Program-made: the position numbers and the translations under genes
Notes under the pieces: generated by a model
What the model saw: the letters and a program-made list of their open reading frames with translations, nothing else
What the model was told of the DNA's origin: nothing
The model's database searches: none
From: the human T2T-CHM13v2.0 reference genome, Homo sapiens
Strand: one strand, 5' to 3'
Length of the DNA: 64,000 bases
NCBI RefSeq assembly: GCF_009914755.1
Contig: NC_060930.1
Shown: positions 18,618-30,699 of the stretch, piece after piece
Layout: the number at the start of each line of letters is the position of its first letter
How positions within the stretch are numbered: position 1 is the stretch's first letter

Positions 18618-18909
18618 AGCCTCGTGTGGTGGCTCACACTGTAATCTCAGCATTTTGGTATACTGAGGTGGGAGGATTTTTTGAGGCCAGGAGTTTGAGA
18701 CCAGTCTGGGCAACAGAGGGAGCCCCTGTCTCTGAAAAAAGTAAATTAACAAATTAGCTAGGCATGGTGGCACATGCCTGTGGTCCTAGCTACTTGGGAA
18801 ACTGAAGTTGGAGGATCACTTGAGCCCAGGAGGTTGAAGCTACAGTGAGCCATGATTGGTGCCACTGCACTCCAGCCTGGGTGATACAGTGAGATGCTCT
18901 CAGAAACAA
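18618..18909 (+). mobile_element. AluJ
   Basis: Dimeric and highly diverged, with J diagnostics (GGAGGATCACTTGAGCCCAGGAGG). Degenerate TSD AAAACTGGCATCA / AAAACTTGCATTA. Confidence 0.9.
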
Positions 18910-20102
18910 TGGCAAAAACTTGCATTAATTAATTAACTAATTAAGAAGGAAAAAAACAAAAGAGTAGTGAAGTCAAATTTTCTTTTGTCAGAATATCTGC
19001 CCATAATTTGTTGTTCTCAAATAATATAGAGCACAACCTAGCTTAATCTTTTAAAAAAATGTGGTCAATTAACTTGCATTGCATTGTGAATAATGGTAAT
19101 TATTTGTCAACAGCATCCAGTCTATGAAAGCAACAAACATTTAAAAACGAAGTTATAATTTTCAGTTGCATTTGTATAAATAAGTGGCAACACCAAAAGT
19201 TCATTCAGACTGTGGGTCTTCAATCCAAATTTTAAATGAGAAAATTATATTTATAATGAAAACTGTTATTGGTGGTGAGCTTCTATATAAGGAAATTAAG
19301 AAGTGGAGTGTGTCTATTCTGCATTTTGCTATAATTTTTCTAAGTGGCTATTAAATTACTCATGGTCATTTAAAAATTTTGGACTTGCTTCAACTGTAAA
19401 TAAAGATGATGAAAGTAATACTTGTCATCTATTGTGCTTGGTTACTTGGTTTCCATCCTTCAGCAGTATAATGAAATTTGATTATCTTTCTTTTCCAGTG
19501 TCCACTGACATCTTTACAGAGATTTCAAGAGAATAGAATTAACAATTAATTTTCTTGCTACTTCTCTGCAGTCACTATACATGCTTTGAATTTTCTCACC
19601 CAAGGTTTTGAAATAGAAGCTGTTTAACAGAGGTTACAAATTTGCATATAACAGTATAAAATAAACTTTTGATGAAGAGAAATTGACTGCACATGAAAGA
19701 TTGATAAAGAACTGGCCTCACTGCTTCACCTACAAACCTTATTGAACAAGAGTATTCTCCAAGCCATGAATAATCATGTAGACCATTTATCTCAGCAATG
19801 CTACAAGGGAAACAAAAAGTAAAGCAACTAAGCTGTTTGAAGTCTGGACCATCTGTTAGGAACCACTAATCTCTTTATGACACATAGCCCCAGTGCAGAT
19901 ATGTGTCCAGTGAATGTTTCAACACTTTGCTGATGGATAATTTGCAGCAAAAATAGAAACTTGCTGACTTTCTTAAGAGGTGAATTTTTGAAGGTGAACA
20001 AGCTAAGTAATGCTTGGTGTTTATACATTTAGCATGTAGTTACATAAATTTTTCCCTCACTTTGAGTATTAAATACAGTCAGAAAGGTTTTTCTCTCTCC
20101 CT

Positions 20103-20537
20103 CTTTTTTTCTTTTTTAAAATTATTATTATTATTATTTCAATAGGTTCTGGGGAACAGGTGGTGTTTAGTTACATGGTTAAGTTCTTTAGGGGTGATTT
20201 CTGAGAATTTGGTGCACCCATCACCTGAGCAGTGTACACTATACCCATGTGTAGTATTTTATTCCTCACCCCACTCCCAACCTTCCCCCCAAGTCACCTT
20301 TGTCCATTATATCATTCTAATGCCTTTGCATCCTCATAGCTTAGCTCTGACTTATGTGAGAACATACAATGTTTCCTTTTCCATTCTTGAGTTACTTCAC
20401 TTAGAATAATGGTCTCCAGCTCCATCCAGGTTGCTGTGAATGCCATTATTTCATTCCTTTTTATGGCTGAGTAGTATTCCATCATATATCTATATCTATA
20501 TCTATATCTATATCTATATCTGTATCTATACACCACA
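20103..20537 (-). mobile_element. L1PB-class 3' end containing an (ATATCT)n microsatellite
   Basis: TTTCAATAGGTTCTGGGGAACAGGTGGTGTTT...GGTGCACCCATCACC is an L1PB 3'UTR motif; hexamer repeat at about 20486-20531. Confidence 0.88.
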
Positions 20538-21446
20538 TGAAGATTTCATGGACATTTATCAGTTCCTTAATAATACTCTTATAATTTCTTATGCCTGTCT
20601 TTACTTTAATCTCTTAATCCTGTTATCTTCGTAAGCTGAGAATGTACATCACCTCAGGACCACTATTGTACAAACTAATTGTAAAACATGTGTTTGAACA
20701 ACAGGAAATTAGTGCACCTTGAAAAAGAACAGAATAACAGCAATTTTCAGGGAACAAGGGAAGACAACCATGAGGTCTGACTGCCTGCGGGGTTGGGCAG
20801 AATGCAGCCATATTTTTCTTCTTGCAGAGAGCCTATAAACAGACGTGAAAGTAGGAGAGATACTGCTAAATTCTTCTCCTAGCAAGGAATATTAAATATT
20901 AAGACCCTAGGAAAAGAATTGCATTCCTGGGGGGAGGTCTATAAACAGCCGCTCTGGGAGTGTCTGTCTTAGCAGTTAAGATAACGACTGAAATATGCCC
21001 TGGTCTCCTGCAGTACCCTCAGGCTCACTAGAGTGGGGAAAAAACCCCACTCTGGTGAAATTGAGGTCAGATTGGTTCTCTGCTCTCAAACCCTGTTTTC
21101 TGTTAAGTTGTTTATCAAGATGATATGTGCACAGTGGGACATAGACCGTCATCAGTAATTCTAATTTTGCCTTTGCCTTGTGATCTTTATTGCCCTTTGA
21201 AGCATGTGATCTTTGTGACCTACTCCCTCTTCATACACCCCCTCCCCTTTTAAAATCCCTAATAGAAACTTGCTGGTTTTGCGGCTCACAGGACATCACG
21301 GACCTACTGATATGTGATGTCACCCCTGGAGGCCCAGCTGTAAAATTCCTCTCTTTGTACTCTTTCTCTTTATTTCTCAGACCAGCCAACACTTAGGGAA
21401 AATAGAAAGAACCTACCTTGAAATACTGGAGGCTGGTTCCCCGATA
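20538..21446 (+). mobile_element. MER11 (HERV-K11/HML-8) LTR, 5'-truncated
   Basis: TGAAGATTTCATGGACATTTATC... through ...GGCTGGTTCCCCGATA; lacks the first ~150 bp of the LTR. Confidence 0.88.
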
Positions 21447-21857
21447 GGTACCAGTACCATGCTGTTTTGGTTACTCTAGCCTTGTAGTATAGTTTGAAGT
21501 CAGGTAGCGTGATGCCTCTAGTTTTGTTCTTTTTGCTTAGGATTGTCCTGGCTATATGGGCTCTTTTTTGGTTCCATGTGAAATTTAAAGTAGTTTTTTT
21601 CTAATTATATGAAGAAAGTCAATGGTAGCTTGATGGGTATAGCATTGAACCTATAAATTACTTTGGGCAGTATGGCCATTTTCACAATATTGATTCTTCC
21701 TATCCATGAGCATGGAATGTTGTTCCATTTGTTTGTGTCCTCTCTTATTTCCTTGGGCAGTGGTTTGTAGTTCTCCTTGAAGAGGTCCTTCACATCTCCT
21801 GTAAGTTGTATTCCTAGGTATTTTATTCTCTCATAGCAATTGTGAATGGGAGTTCAC
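21447..21857 (-). mobile_element. L1 ORF2 fragment (L1PA7/8-like)
   Basis: Encodes [22 protein letters not shown]...[14 protein letters not shown]. Confidence 0.9.
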
Positions 21858-23083
21858 AATTTTTTTTGAAATTCCATCAAAAAAAAAAAAAAGAAAGAAA
21901 AGAAAATGAAGTCAGCAGTTGTTCTGATTATTCTTGTTGAATATCTGATGGTGTCAAAAGCTGGACCACTCCTGGCTGGAGACAGATGGCTGAGAAATGT
22001 GAATTTGTCTCACAATGCACAGGAAGTGTGTTTTTGCAGGTCAAGAGCTGTAGAGAAAATCTTTGTAAAATTTTGTTTGGAGACTCAAAATTTAAAGTCA
22101 TTTTTGCTTCACGTAGATACACAAAAATATCTGCAAAATAGGAACATAAGAAAATAGTTTGATTTCTAAACAGGTTGAAAGTGTAGAACACAGCTTTTAA
22201 AAAAGTCTTGGCTAGAAAGAGGACAGCAGAAGCAGTTTTTCTAATTTATATGAAAATCTAAGATGCCTTATTGGCCTTATAAGTTAGAATTCAAATCACT
22301 TCTGCAAAGCCATAACCTGTTCATTTATATAATGGTCAGAAGGAATATAAAGGCAATCTGATAATAAGAAATGTTTTGGGAAGTGCATAAAATTCTATAA
22401 ACATTTCAAAATGTAACTTTTGGATGTGTGGATGATTCAGTGTGACATCTGAAATGATGGTGATAAAACAGACAGGCGTATTATTTATTTTCCTGGCTTT
22501 CTGTGGCTGATGGCATGAATTTTCTGAGCTGTGAAGAGCAGGTAAGCAAATTTTCTTGTGTCTTGTGCATGTGTAGCTTATGTAGCATACATAAATAGAA
22601 AATGTCTGAATATGCAGTGCTCTGTAACCAAGGCTCAGTGCCCAGTTTGTCTATTCTGACAGCTTATCTGAGTTCTGACTGCAAGAGTCAGGAAGAATCT
22701 TCATTTTAGCTCTCTATCTGTGGCTATATTTGGGGATATTTTTTACTGGGAAAGTTATGGGGAAATAGAAGAGCCTTTTGGACAATACCTAAATTCTCAC
22801 TGTTGGATGAGAGCTGCTTTTATGTAGTTAATTGAATAATAACTTTTCCACTGCAGAGTAATTCCAAGTCTTCTGTCCCAAAGAAATGTTAGACAATACA
22901 CCAACTAAAACAAAATAAAACAAACAAAAAACTCCCCACTTTTAGCCAGTTTATTCCAATCTGTTTCTGATTCTTTTTCTTTTTGTACTGTCAAGATGTT
23001 CTGTATTTTTCTTATGTTCCATGCAGTTTCCAACATGTGCCATACTGAACTAAGTTTCCACTTCCTCATATTAGAGACTAGGT

Positions 23084-23300
23084 TATATTAGAGCCCAGGG
23101 CTGCTGTAACAAAGTAATGCAGACTGAGTGGCTTAAAAAACAAATTTATTTCTCACAACTGTGAAGGCTTCTAAGTCCATGGTCAAGATGTCAGAAGGGT
23201 TGATTTCTTCTGAGGCTTCTTTCCTTGACTTGTAGATGGCTGTCTTCTCTGTATTTTCACATGGTCTTCCCTCTGTGTGTATCTGTGTCCTAATTTCCTC
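23084..23300 (-). mobile_element. MLT1A/B LTR, first half
   Basis: TATATTAG...GCTGCTGTAACAAAG...CACATGGTCTTCCCTCTGTGTGTATCTGTGTCCTAATTTCCTC. Confidence 0.85.
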
Positions 23301-23304
23301 TTTT

Positions 23305-23860
23305 TCTCTTTCTTTATTTCCAAATATTTATCAAGCACTTTCTTTCTGACATTGTTCTAAACCTGAGAATACAACAGTAAACAAGAAAATCCCTGTCTGT
23401 GTGGGGCTTACATTTTAGAAGGGGAGGCAGGCAAGAAACATACAATACACTCTCAGAGAAGGATGAGTCTAGTTAGGACATAGAGCAGGGTAGATAATGA
23501 CTCATAGAGCAGGTGCTAGATAAGATGGCCAAAGATGGCTTTTTTTTCTTTTTCAGAAGTGAAGTAGCCTTTTAATAGAGACCTTAATGTCAATGAGTTA
23601 GTCATGGGGAAGATCTTCAAGGCAGAGGGAGTATCAAATGTAAATGCTCCGAAGTGGAAGCAAGCTTGGTGTAACCAAGGCCCAACAAGATGGCCAGGGT
23701 GACTACAGAGTAATGATGAGAGAACTTTGGACCAGAGAAGTAGGCGAAAGCAAGATTGTGTAGGCTTTGTAGCTAGCTCGTGATAAGAAATTTGGATTTC
23801 AGCCTAAATTTATTAAGAAGTCATTGGAAGGCTTTAGGTGGGGAAGTGGCAAGATACACC
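23305..23860 (-). mobile_element. L2 relic
   Basis: CAAATATTTATCAAGCAC...GGGCTTACATTTTAG...GTCATTGGAAGGCTTTAGG match the L2 3' region. Confidence 0.75.
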
Positions 23861-24529
23861 TTCTCACTAAGTCGAAACTAAATCCACTCAGAGTCATCCA
23901 AATAGAGTATCTCAGAATATATGCATGTATTTAGATTATTATCATGAGAAAAATTGTTTCCCAAAACACATTGCAAAGAAATAAAGAAAAGGAAAATAAG
24001 GAAAATGTTAGCACTAATATGACAGTAATGTTGCTTCTCTTTCATTTACTACATTTGTATTTATCTTATACGCAAGTCACTACTTTATATTTTATAACCT
24101 ATATTAGGATAAACACAGACCTTACCCCATGAGTCCTTTGGTATACTTACCTAAAGATGATGGCCCTAATTTATCAACAGAAACTTTCAGTAGTTTTGCA
24201 GTGGACATGGTAATCTATTACCATCCTTCTTCTTGGTTCCCATGGTGGATAGCGGCATGCAGCAAAATGAACTGGTAAGGGATGACTTGTGGCCAGGGAA
24301 CACAGAGAAGTGACAGGTCACAGAAGGCAAGTCAGTGAACCTTGGAATCATGAGAAAAAAGTCCAAATCAACCAAGCCATAGACAAATGAGTTTCTAAAT
24401 GCCTTGAATAGCAACATCTCAGCTAAGATTAAACTTTCTCTGTCAGTATGTGTCATAGTAATATCACATTGCAGAGACTTTTAAACTGCAAAAAGTTTAC
24501 ATGTGATTTTCAAACTATGTGATATTATG

Positions 24530-24700
24530 GGAAAAGCTTAGATTTTTATAGTTTGGGGAGTTCAAAAGCTCAGGTCTTTTCTGAGTTCTACCATCAACTG
24601 ATTCATGGTTGTGCTAGAATATACATCTCTGGGGCTCAGTTTCCCCCATCTGTCAAATAAGGCCATCATTGGACTCTTCTTTAATATCCCTTCTAGGGCT
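24530..24700 (+). mobile_element. MIR relic
   Basis: Core CTCTGGGGCTCAGTTTCCCCCATCTGTCAAATAAGG. Confidence 0.6.
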
Positions 24701-25458
24701 AATGTTTAAGGCCTTCTAGGGCTAATGACTCGATAAGACTAAGAATTTCCTTTTTTGGATAGACCTATATAAATGACAGTAAAACCGAGTAAGAATAAAA
24801 CCAAAAAAGCTTCTGCCATTTTTAACATGATAAGAATTATTGAATTGGAGAAAGAGAACTAATGAAACTTAACAGGAACTCTTGATTCTGAGTGGGTTTG
24901 CTGCATCATTTTTTTTGGTCTCTGACATTTATCTCTAATGACCATGAAAAGGACAGGATGAATCTGTGATGACACAGAGCCAGCTATGTAAAGACTTAGC
25001 CATATGGATGGCTAAGGAAGTGGGTTTGAGTTTACAGGGATATTTACAAAAACCAGTAACTACTTCAAAATGAGATTCCTTTTTGGCTTGCTGATAATGG
25101 TGGTAAGGTAATCTTTGGCTTGTTGAAACCATTGTCCATTTAGCTAACTAAGCCTATGTTAATTAAGCCTTTTGGGAATTCTTACTAGTTCCTAATACAT
25201 TACCTTCTAGTTTTGAGCCATTCAAGCCATTCACTTCATAAGGTATTGGTTTTATAAACTTTATTTGCCAATCTTACAAATACCAACACGTAAAGCTTGA
25301 TCTTTTTGAAACTATTCATCCTTGCAACTGCCAGTTCACCTCATTCTTGTACATAGCATCCACAAAGCCACTGTTTTTTTTTCAATTCTACTGCAGTGGA
25401 AAGACTGTGAAGTCAATGGAGTCAGCAGAAAAACTAATCCAGCTTCAAATACAGGATT

Positions 25459-25671
25459 TGTGATTACAGAGGCTAAGAAGCCCCATATATTAGTTCATTC
25501 TCACACAACTGTAAAGAACTACCTGAGACTGGGTAATTTATGAAGAAAAGAGGTTTAATTGACTCACAGTTCCATAGGCTGTATAGGAAGCATGGCTGGG
25601 AGGTCGCAAGAAACTTACTATCATAGCAGAAGGCAAAGTGGAAGCAAGCACATCTTATCATGGTGGAGCAG

Positions 25672-25712
<41 letters not shown>

Positions 25713-26165
25713 AAGGGGGAAGTGCCACGTGCTTTAAAGTCATCAGATTTCAGGAGAACTCACTCTCATGAGAACAGCAAGGGGAAGTCCGTCCCATGAT
25801 CTAATCACTTCCCACCATGTCTCTCCTCCAGTTCAACATGAGATTTGGGCAGGGACACAAATCCAAACCATATTACCCCATGACAGGCCACTTGCAAGCA
25901 GGAGACCCTAGGATGCTGGTAGAGTAGCTTAGTTCATGCCAGAAAGCCTCAGAACCAGGGAAGCTGATGGTGTAATTCTGTCTGAAGCTGAAGGCCAGAG
26001 AATGTAGGGGGCTGCTGGTATAAATTCCAGAGTCACAAAGTCAGAGAATGTGGAGTTCTAATGCCTAAGGGCAGGAGGAGAATATCCTAGCTCCGTGAGA
26101 GAGAGAATGAGAAATCACTTTCTCTCCTTTTTTGTTCTATCATTGCTCCCAGGCCTATTGGATGG
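25459..26165 (-). mobile_element. MLT2B-like ERVL LTR fragment, truncated at both ends and interrupted by MSTA
   Basis: GAGGCTAAGAAGCCCCA...TGCAAGCAGGAGACCC...GCCTCAGAACCAGGGAAGCTGATGGTGTAA...TTGGATGG. Confidence 0.75.
25486..25875 (-). mobile_element. MSTA solo LTR
   Basis: TATATTAG...ACCTGAGACTGGGTAATTTATGAAGAAAAGAGG...ATCCAAACCATATTA; exact 5-bp TSD CCCCA (25481-85, 25876-80). Confidence 0.92.
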
Positions 26166-26166
26166 T

Positions 26167-26352
26167 TAATTTCCTAAATCTATGAGGGCACCAGTCATAT
26201 TTGTTTGGTTAGGGCCCAACTCAATTAACCTGAATTACCTTAATTATCTTTATAAAAGCCTTATGCTCAAATATAGTCATATTCTGAGGTAATAGGGTTA
26301 GGTTAGAACTTCAACATTTGAATTTTGTGGGGACACAGTTTATCCCATAACA
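26167..26352 (-). mobile_element. MLT1A/B LTR, second half
   Basis: TAATTTCCT...CACCAGTCATATT...TAGGGCCCA...ATTCTGAGGTA...GGGGACACAGTTTATCCCATAACA; resumes where 23300 stops. Confidence 0.85.
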
Positions 26353-26510
26353 GAAACCTTTTGTGGAAGTAGTAGAAAAGTGATCAGTTCTGCGTATGTA
26401 ATTACTCACAATTTACTTTAAATATTTTGTCTCTATATGGGGTGTTTGTAAGAAAGCATTTTGTTAAATGCCCGCTATTAATTACTAATGGCCTTTGCTC
26501 TTTGTTTTCT

Positions 26511-26776
26511 AAAACAGCATTTTTTCCAAACATCTTTTTAATTATGAATCAGCTCAAAATCACATTTTGCATTGTGATCTCTTATATAATGTATGTAATA
26601 TATTCATGTAACAAAAGTAAGTTGATGAGGTAATATTTTCATCATTATGATGTACAATGCACTCATTTATTTTTCTATTCTAGTCTCATCTATTTTATTA
26701 AAAAACATAGTTTGGACCCACAAAGTTCATTTTATCACTCATTGTAAATCAAAAGCCTCAATTCATAAGCAAGTGC
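26511..26776. mobile_element. Old hAT-Charlie-type MER element
   Basis: CAGCATTTTTTCCAAAC start, internal AATGCACTC..TTTTCTATTCTA and GACCCAC motifs; highly decayed. Confidence 0.4.
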
Positions 26777-27379
26777 TTAAAAACACTCTTTGCCTTCTGA
26801 CTACTCTCCGTTCTTGAGCTATCTGTCCTCCCATTGACCACGATTATGGAGTCTCATGAGTTCATTCTTTCTAGAGTTGGGTCTGTGTTGAAAAATGGTT
26901 CACTCTTGACCATGGAACATGCTTTGAAATTTGCCATGTATCCTTCTAGGAAATACTTTAGTATTCTCAACAGCTCAAAGTTTAGTTTGAACCATTCACC
27001 CTTTCTATTGTTTTATGGGCTCCACATGACTCTGACATATTTTCCCATTTTCTGACAATGCCCTGCTATGGTCATGTTGAGTCAAAGATGTACATGCGGC
27101 ATGGTAGGTTAACGTGCTTTAGATTCCATTCGGACTTTTAAACCTTAAGCCATCATAGATGATACCAGGGGAGAACATATTTTTTTAAAACTAGCATAGT
27201 CTAGTACCTACCTTTAGAATTCCCTGTCCAGCTCACAACAACCATGTGATTTCTCCCAGTCCACAGTGGTGGCTTCTCATATCCAGTATAGACATTAAGA
27301 TCCTGCTCTTCCCCTCCTTCCTCCATCTCCATTAGTCACAGAGCCTAGGCATCTAAGCCAAGGTGACAGTTGCATAAAC

Positions 27380-27775
27380 GTTTGAATTAGTGCTGGGAGA
27401 GAGCAAAGAGAAATGAGAAAGACTGCAAGAAGGCCAATGTGGCTGGAACATGGACAGTGAGGGAAGGCAAGTGTTAGATAAAGCTTAACAGATTATGTTA
27501 AGGATTTTGGTTTTTATTCACAGAGTGATGGAAAACTGCTGAGATGTTTAAGGAGATAGGACTGGAAAGGGTGTGTGTGTGTCACCAGTTTTGCATGGTG
27601 AAAAGGTCAATTGGGCTACAGTGTGAAAACTATTGGAGGAGGCCAGAGGATGTGGTAGTTGGCCATGCAGAAGCTTAATTTCAAGAGTCCATGTAAGCTA
27701 TCAGAATTAGAGAGGTGTTAGAATTAGAGAGGTGTTGGTGGAGATGAAGAGAAATGGATGCATTGGCAGATTTTT
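27380..27775 (-). mobile_element. L2 relic with a 17-bp tandem duplication (27703-27736)
   Basis: CAAGAAGGCCAATGTGGCTGGAACA...TTAAGGATTTTGGTTTTTATTC; AGAATTAGAGAGGTGTT occurs twice. Confidence 0.75.
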
Positions 27776-30422
27776 AAAAAATCAATATCATCATTGTCAT
27801 AAATTTTCTTGAGTTGCTCGAGCTATTTGTTTTTTTTTTCTGGAAAGATTTGTTAAAGCTCAGGTTGGGGAAATTTTCACAATATAAAACAATATTAAGT
27901 TTAATTCAGTAATTGTAACAAAGACATTAAAGTGGATATTCAATGTATGCTATAAAGATGAGCCTCATTTTGCCTTAGAGATGATGAACTAATCAGTGTA
28001 TTTACATCTAACAGACGATATAGTCACACAGAGGAAGAAATACAGATTTATTTTAAGAAGAGTGAGGTCACTTAGATGCTGGCTTCCAATATGTTAAAAA
28101 GATCAGCCCCAAAATATATAGCTATTTTATTTTAAATTGAAGACTCATTTCACAGGTCATGTGTGACTCTTCTAAATTATAAGATATCAAAATACGTATT
28201 TTAGATTGAGAGAAGATGGCTGACTAGAAGCTGCCAGTGTGCACGTTCTCATGGAGAAAAGCGTGGCCAGATCATCCGGGTGGACACGTTGGGATTCATG
28301 AAGGAAGCAACACGACCCACAGAGAACAGAGAATAGCCAGACAGGACAACCCCTAACCCGGGAGGGAGTGGAGCCAGGGGAAGTTCCCACCACTGGAAAC
28401 AGTGAGTGAGAGTCCTGGGGACCCACACTGGGGACCCATGGACCTCTGCAACCTTGGGCTCAGGAGATGCCCCTCCAGCCCCCAACCACGAATGGGGCCT
28501 TCAGCCTGACATGGGGAGCTATGTGGAGTCTGGGCAGAGCTTCTGGTCAGGCACGTGCGGAGTCCTAGGTGCCTGGGGTCCCCAGGCACACGTGGAAGGC
28601 CAGATTCCCTCGCATGCCCCTAGGAAAGGGGCCACATCCGCAGCCTGGTCTCCACCGCGCCTCACCAGACAAGGCCCATTGGCCTGGAGCCTTAGCATGC
28701 TACCCCAGCCACGCCTGAGCTCTAGGCGAGTGGCAACCCTGCACTTCCCTGGGATGGGGCTCCCGGAAGTAGCAGATGGGCCCACTAGTTACGCTGCTCC
28801 GTAGCCGTCGGTCTTGCTCACCTCAGGCTCCGGAAGGAGTGAAGAGATTAAGGACTAAAGCAAGTCTCCAGCACAGTGAAGCTGCCTCACCCAAAAGCGA
28901 CCAGACTGTTTTCCATGAGGGTCCCTGCCCCAGCTACTTCTTACTGGGCAGGGCCTCCCGACCTGGGACCCCAGCAACCCCTGCCTGGGCTCTCCGACTG
29001 GTGGTAGCTCTGCCTTTCCCTGGGACAGAGCTCCCCAGAGGGCAGCAATGTTTGCTGCTCCGTTGCCCTCACTCCTCTTGCCCTCAAGCTTCGGAGGGAG
29101 AGGAGAGATTAAGGAGGAAAGTGGGTATCCGGAACAGCTCAGTTGCCTTACAGAAAAGCGGACAGAATGTTTTCCACTTGGGTGCCTGCCCCTTTTACTC
29201 CTCACTAGGCAGGGTCTCTTGACCTGGGTCCCCAGCACAACCATCCTGCCCTGCCTGAGGACTTCAGTGGGTGGCGCCTCTGCGTTTCTCTGGGAAGGAA
29301 ATCCTAGAGACCAGCCACAGCCCCTCTGCCATTGCAGCTGCAGTGGTACCTCTCTTACTGCCCTCGGGCTGGAGAAAGAACAAAGGATCTAGTCAATATG
29401 CTGGCACCTGCAGCCCGCTGCAGCCAACATACAGAGAGGAGCCCCTACCCCTAACTCTTTACCAGGCAGGGCCCGCTGGCTCCAGACCACAGAACAGCTG
29501 CTCTGTCTGGGGCTAAGCACTCCCACTAGTAGTGCTCTGTGTTTCCCTGGGGTGGAGCTCACAGAGGTCACTGCAGGCACCTCTGCTACTGCCACTGCGG
29601 CCAGACTAGGGAAGGAACAAAGAGCCTGAGGGCTTTACCCACATATCCAGAAAGCAGGTGCCCTAAGGAGAAGAGGCTGGCCTGTCTCCCTTGGGAGCTC
29701 CCCACCTCCCAAACCCGCTGCTTGTCATCCACCTTGGGCCCACAAGGCAGCTGCCTCAATCTGGACTGATCACATCAATTGGTAGAGGCTCTGCATTTCT
29801 CAGGGGTGGAGACCTAAGAGACAAGTGAAAGGCCCTCTGCCACAGCCACTGCCAAGATCCTTTCTCCTGCTGCCTCCAAGCTGAGGAGGGAGCATGAAGT
29901 CTGAACTCACCCCAAGGCTGTGGTGTGCAGCCTGGGAGTGCCAAGCTGAGATCTGTAGCTAGCATTTGAGTGAGAGAGGAGCCCACACTCTCAGAGCACT
30001 GAGAGGGAGCACAGATGCAAATGTGAGGAAATACAGAGGAGTCACATGGCTGAGCAGGAGCCTACCTACTGGCTATGATGCTTAAGTGCCATCTACTGGA
30101 TCACAGTCCAAACTTCAACACCAAAAATACTTTGCTAATATACCCCCCTTGTAACACCAAGGACAAAAAATCAGCTACAAGTAAAGACCCTGCACAAAGC
30201 CACGGCCCTCTGAAAACATTCAGAAGTCTGCTGACTATACTCAATGTAACCACACTTGAAGGAACATCAACTCACACAGATGAGAAAGAAGCAGAACAAG
30301 AACTCTGTCAACTCAAAAAGCCAGAGTACTTTTTTCCTCCAAATGACTATACTAGTTCCCCAGCAAGAATTCTTAATCAGGCTGAAATGACAGAAATAGA
30401 ATTCAGAATATGGATAGGAATT

Positions 30423-30699
<277 letters not shown>

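Noticed and set aside
24207-25015. Isolated 8-9 bp hairpins (24207-24224 and about 24994-25015) and a 16-bp direct repeat (24689/24712)
   Set aside because: The hairpins are within chance expectation for 64 kb of AT-rich DNA, and the repeat has no supporting context.
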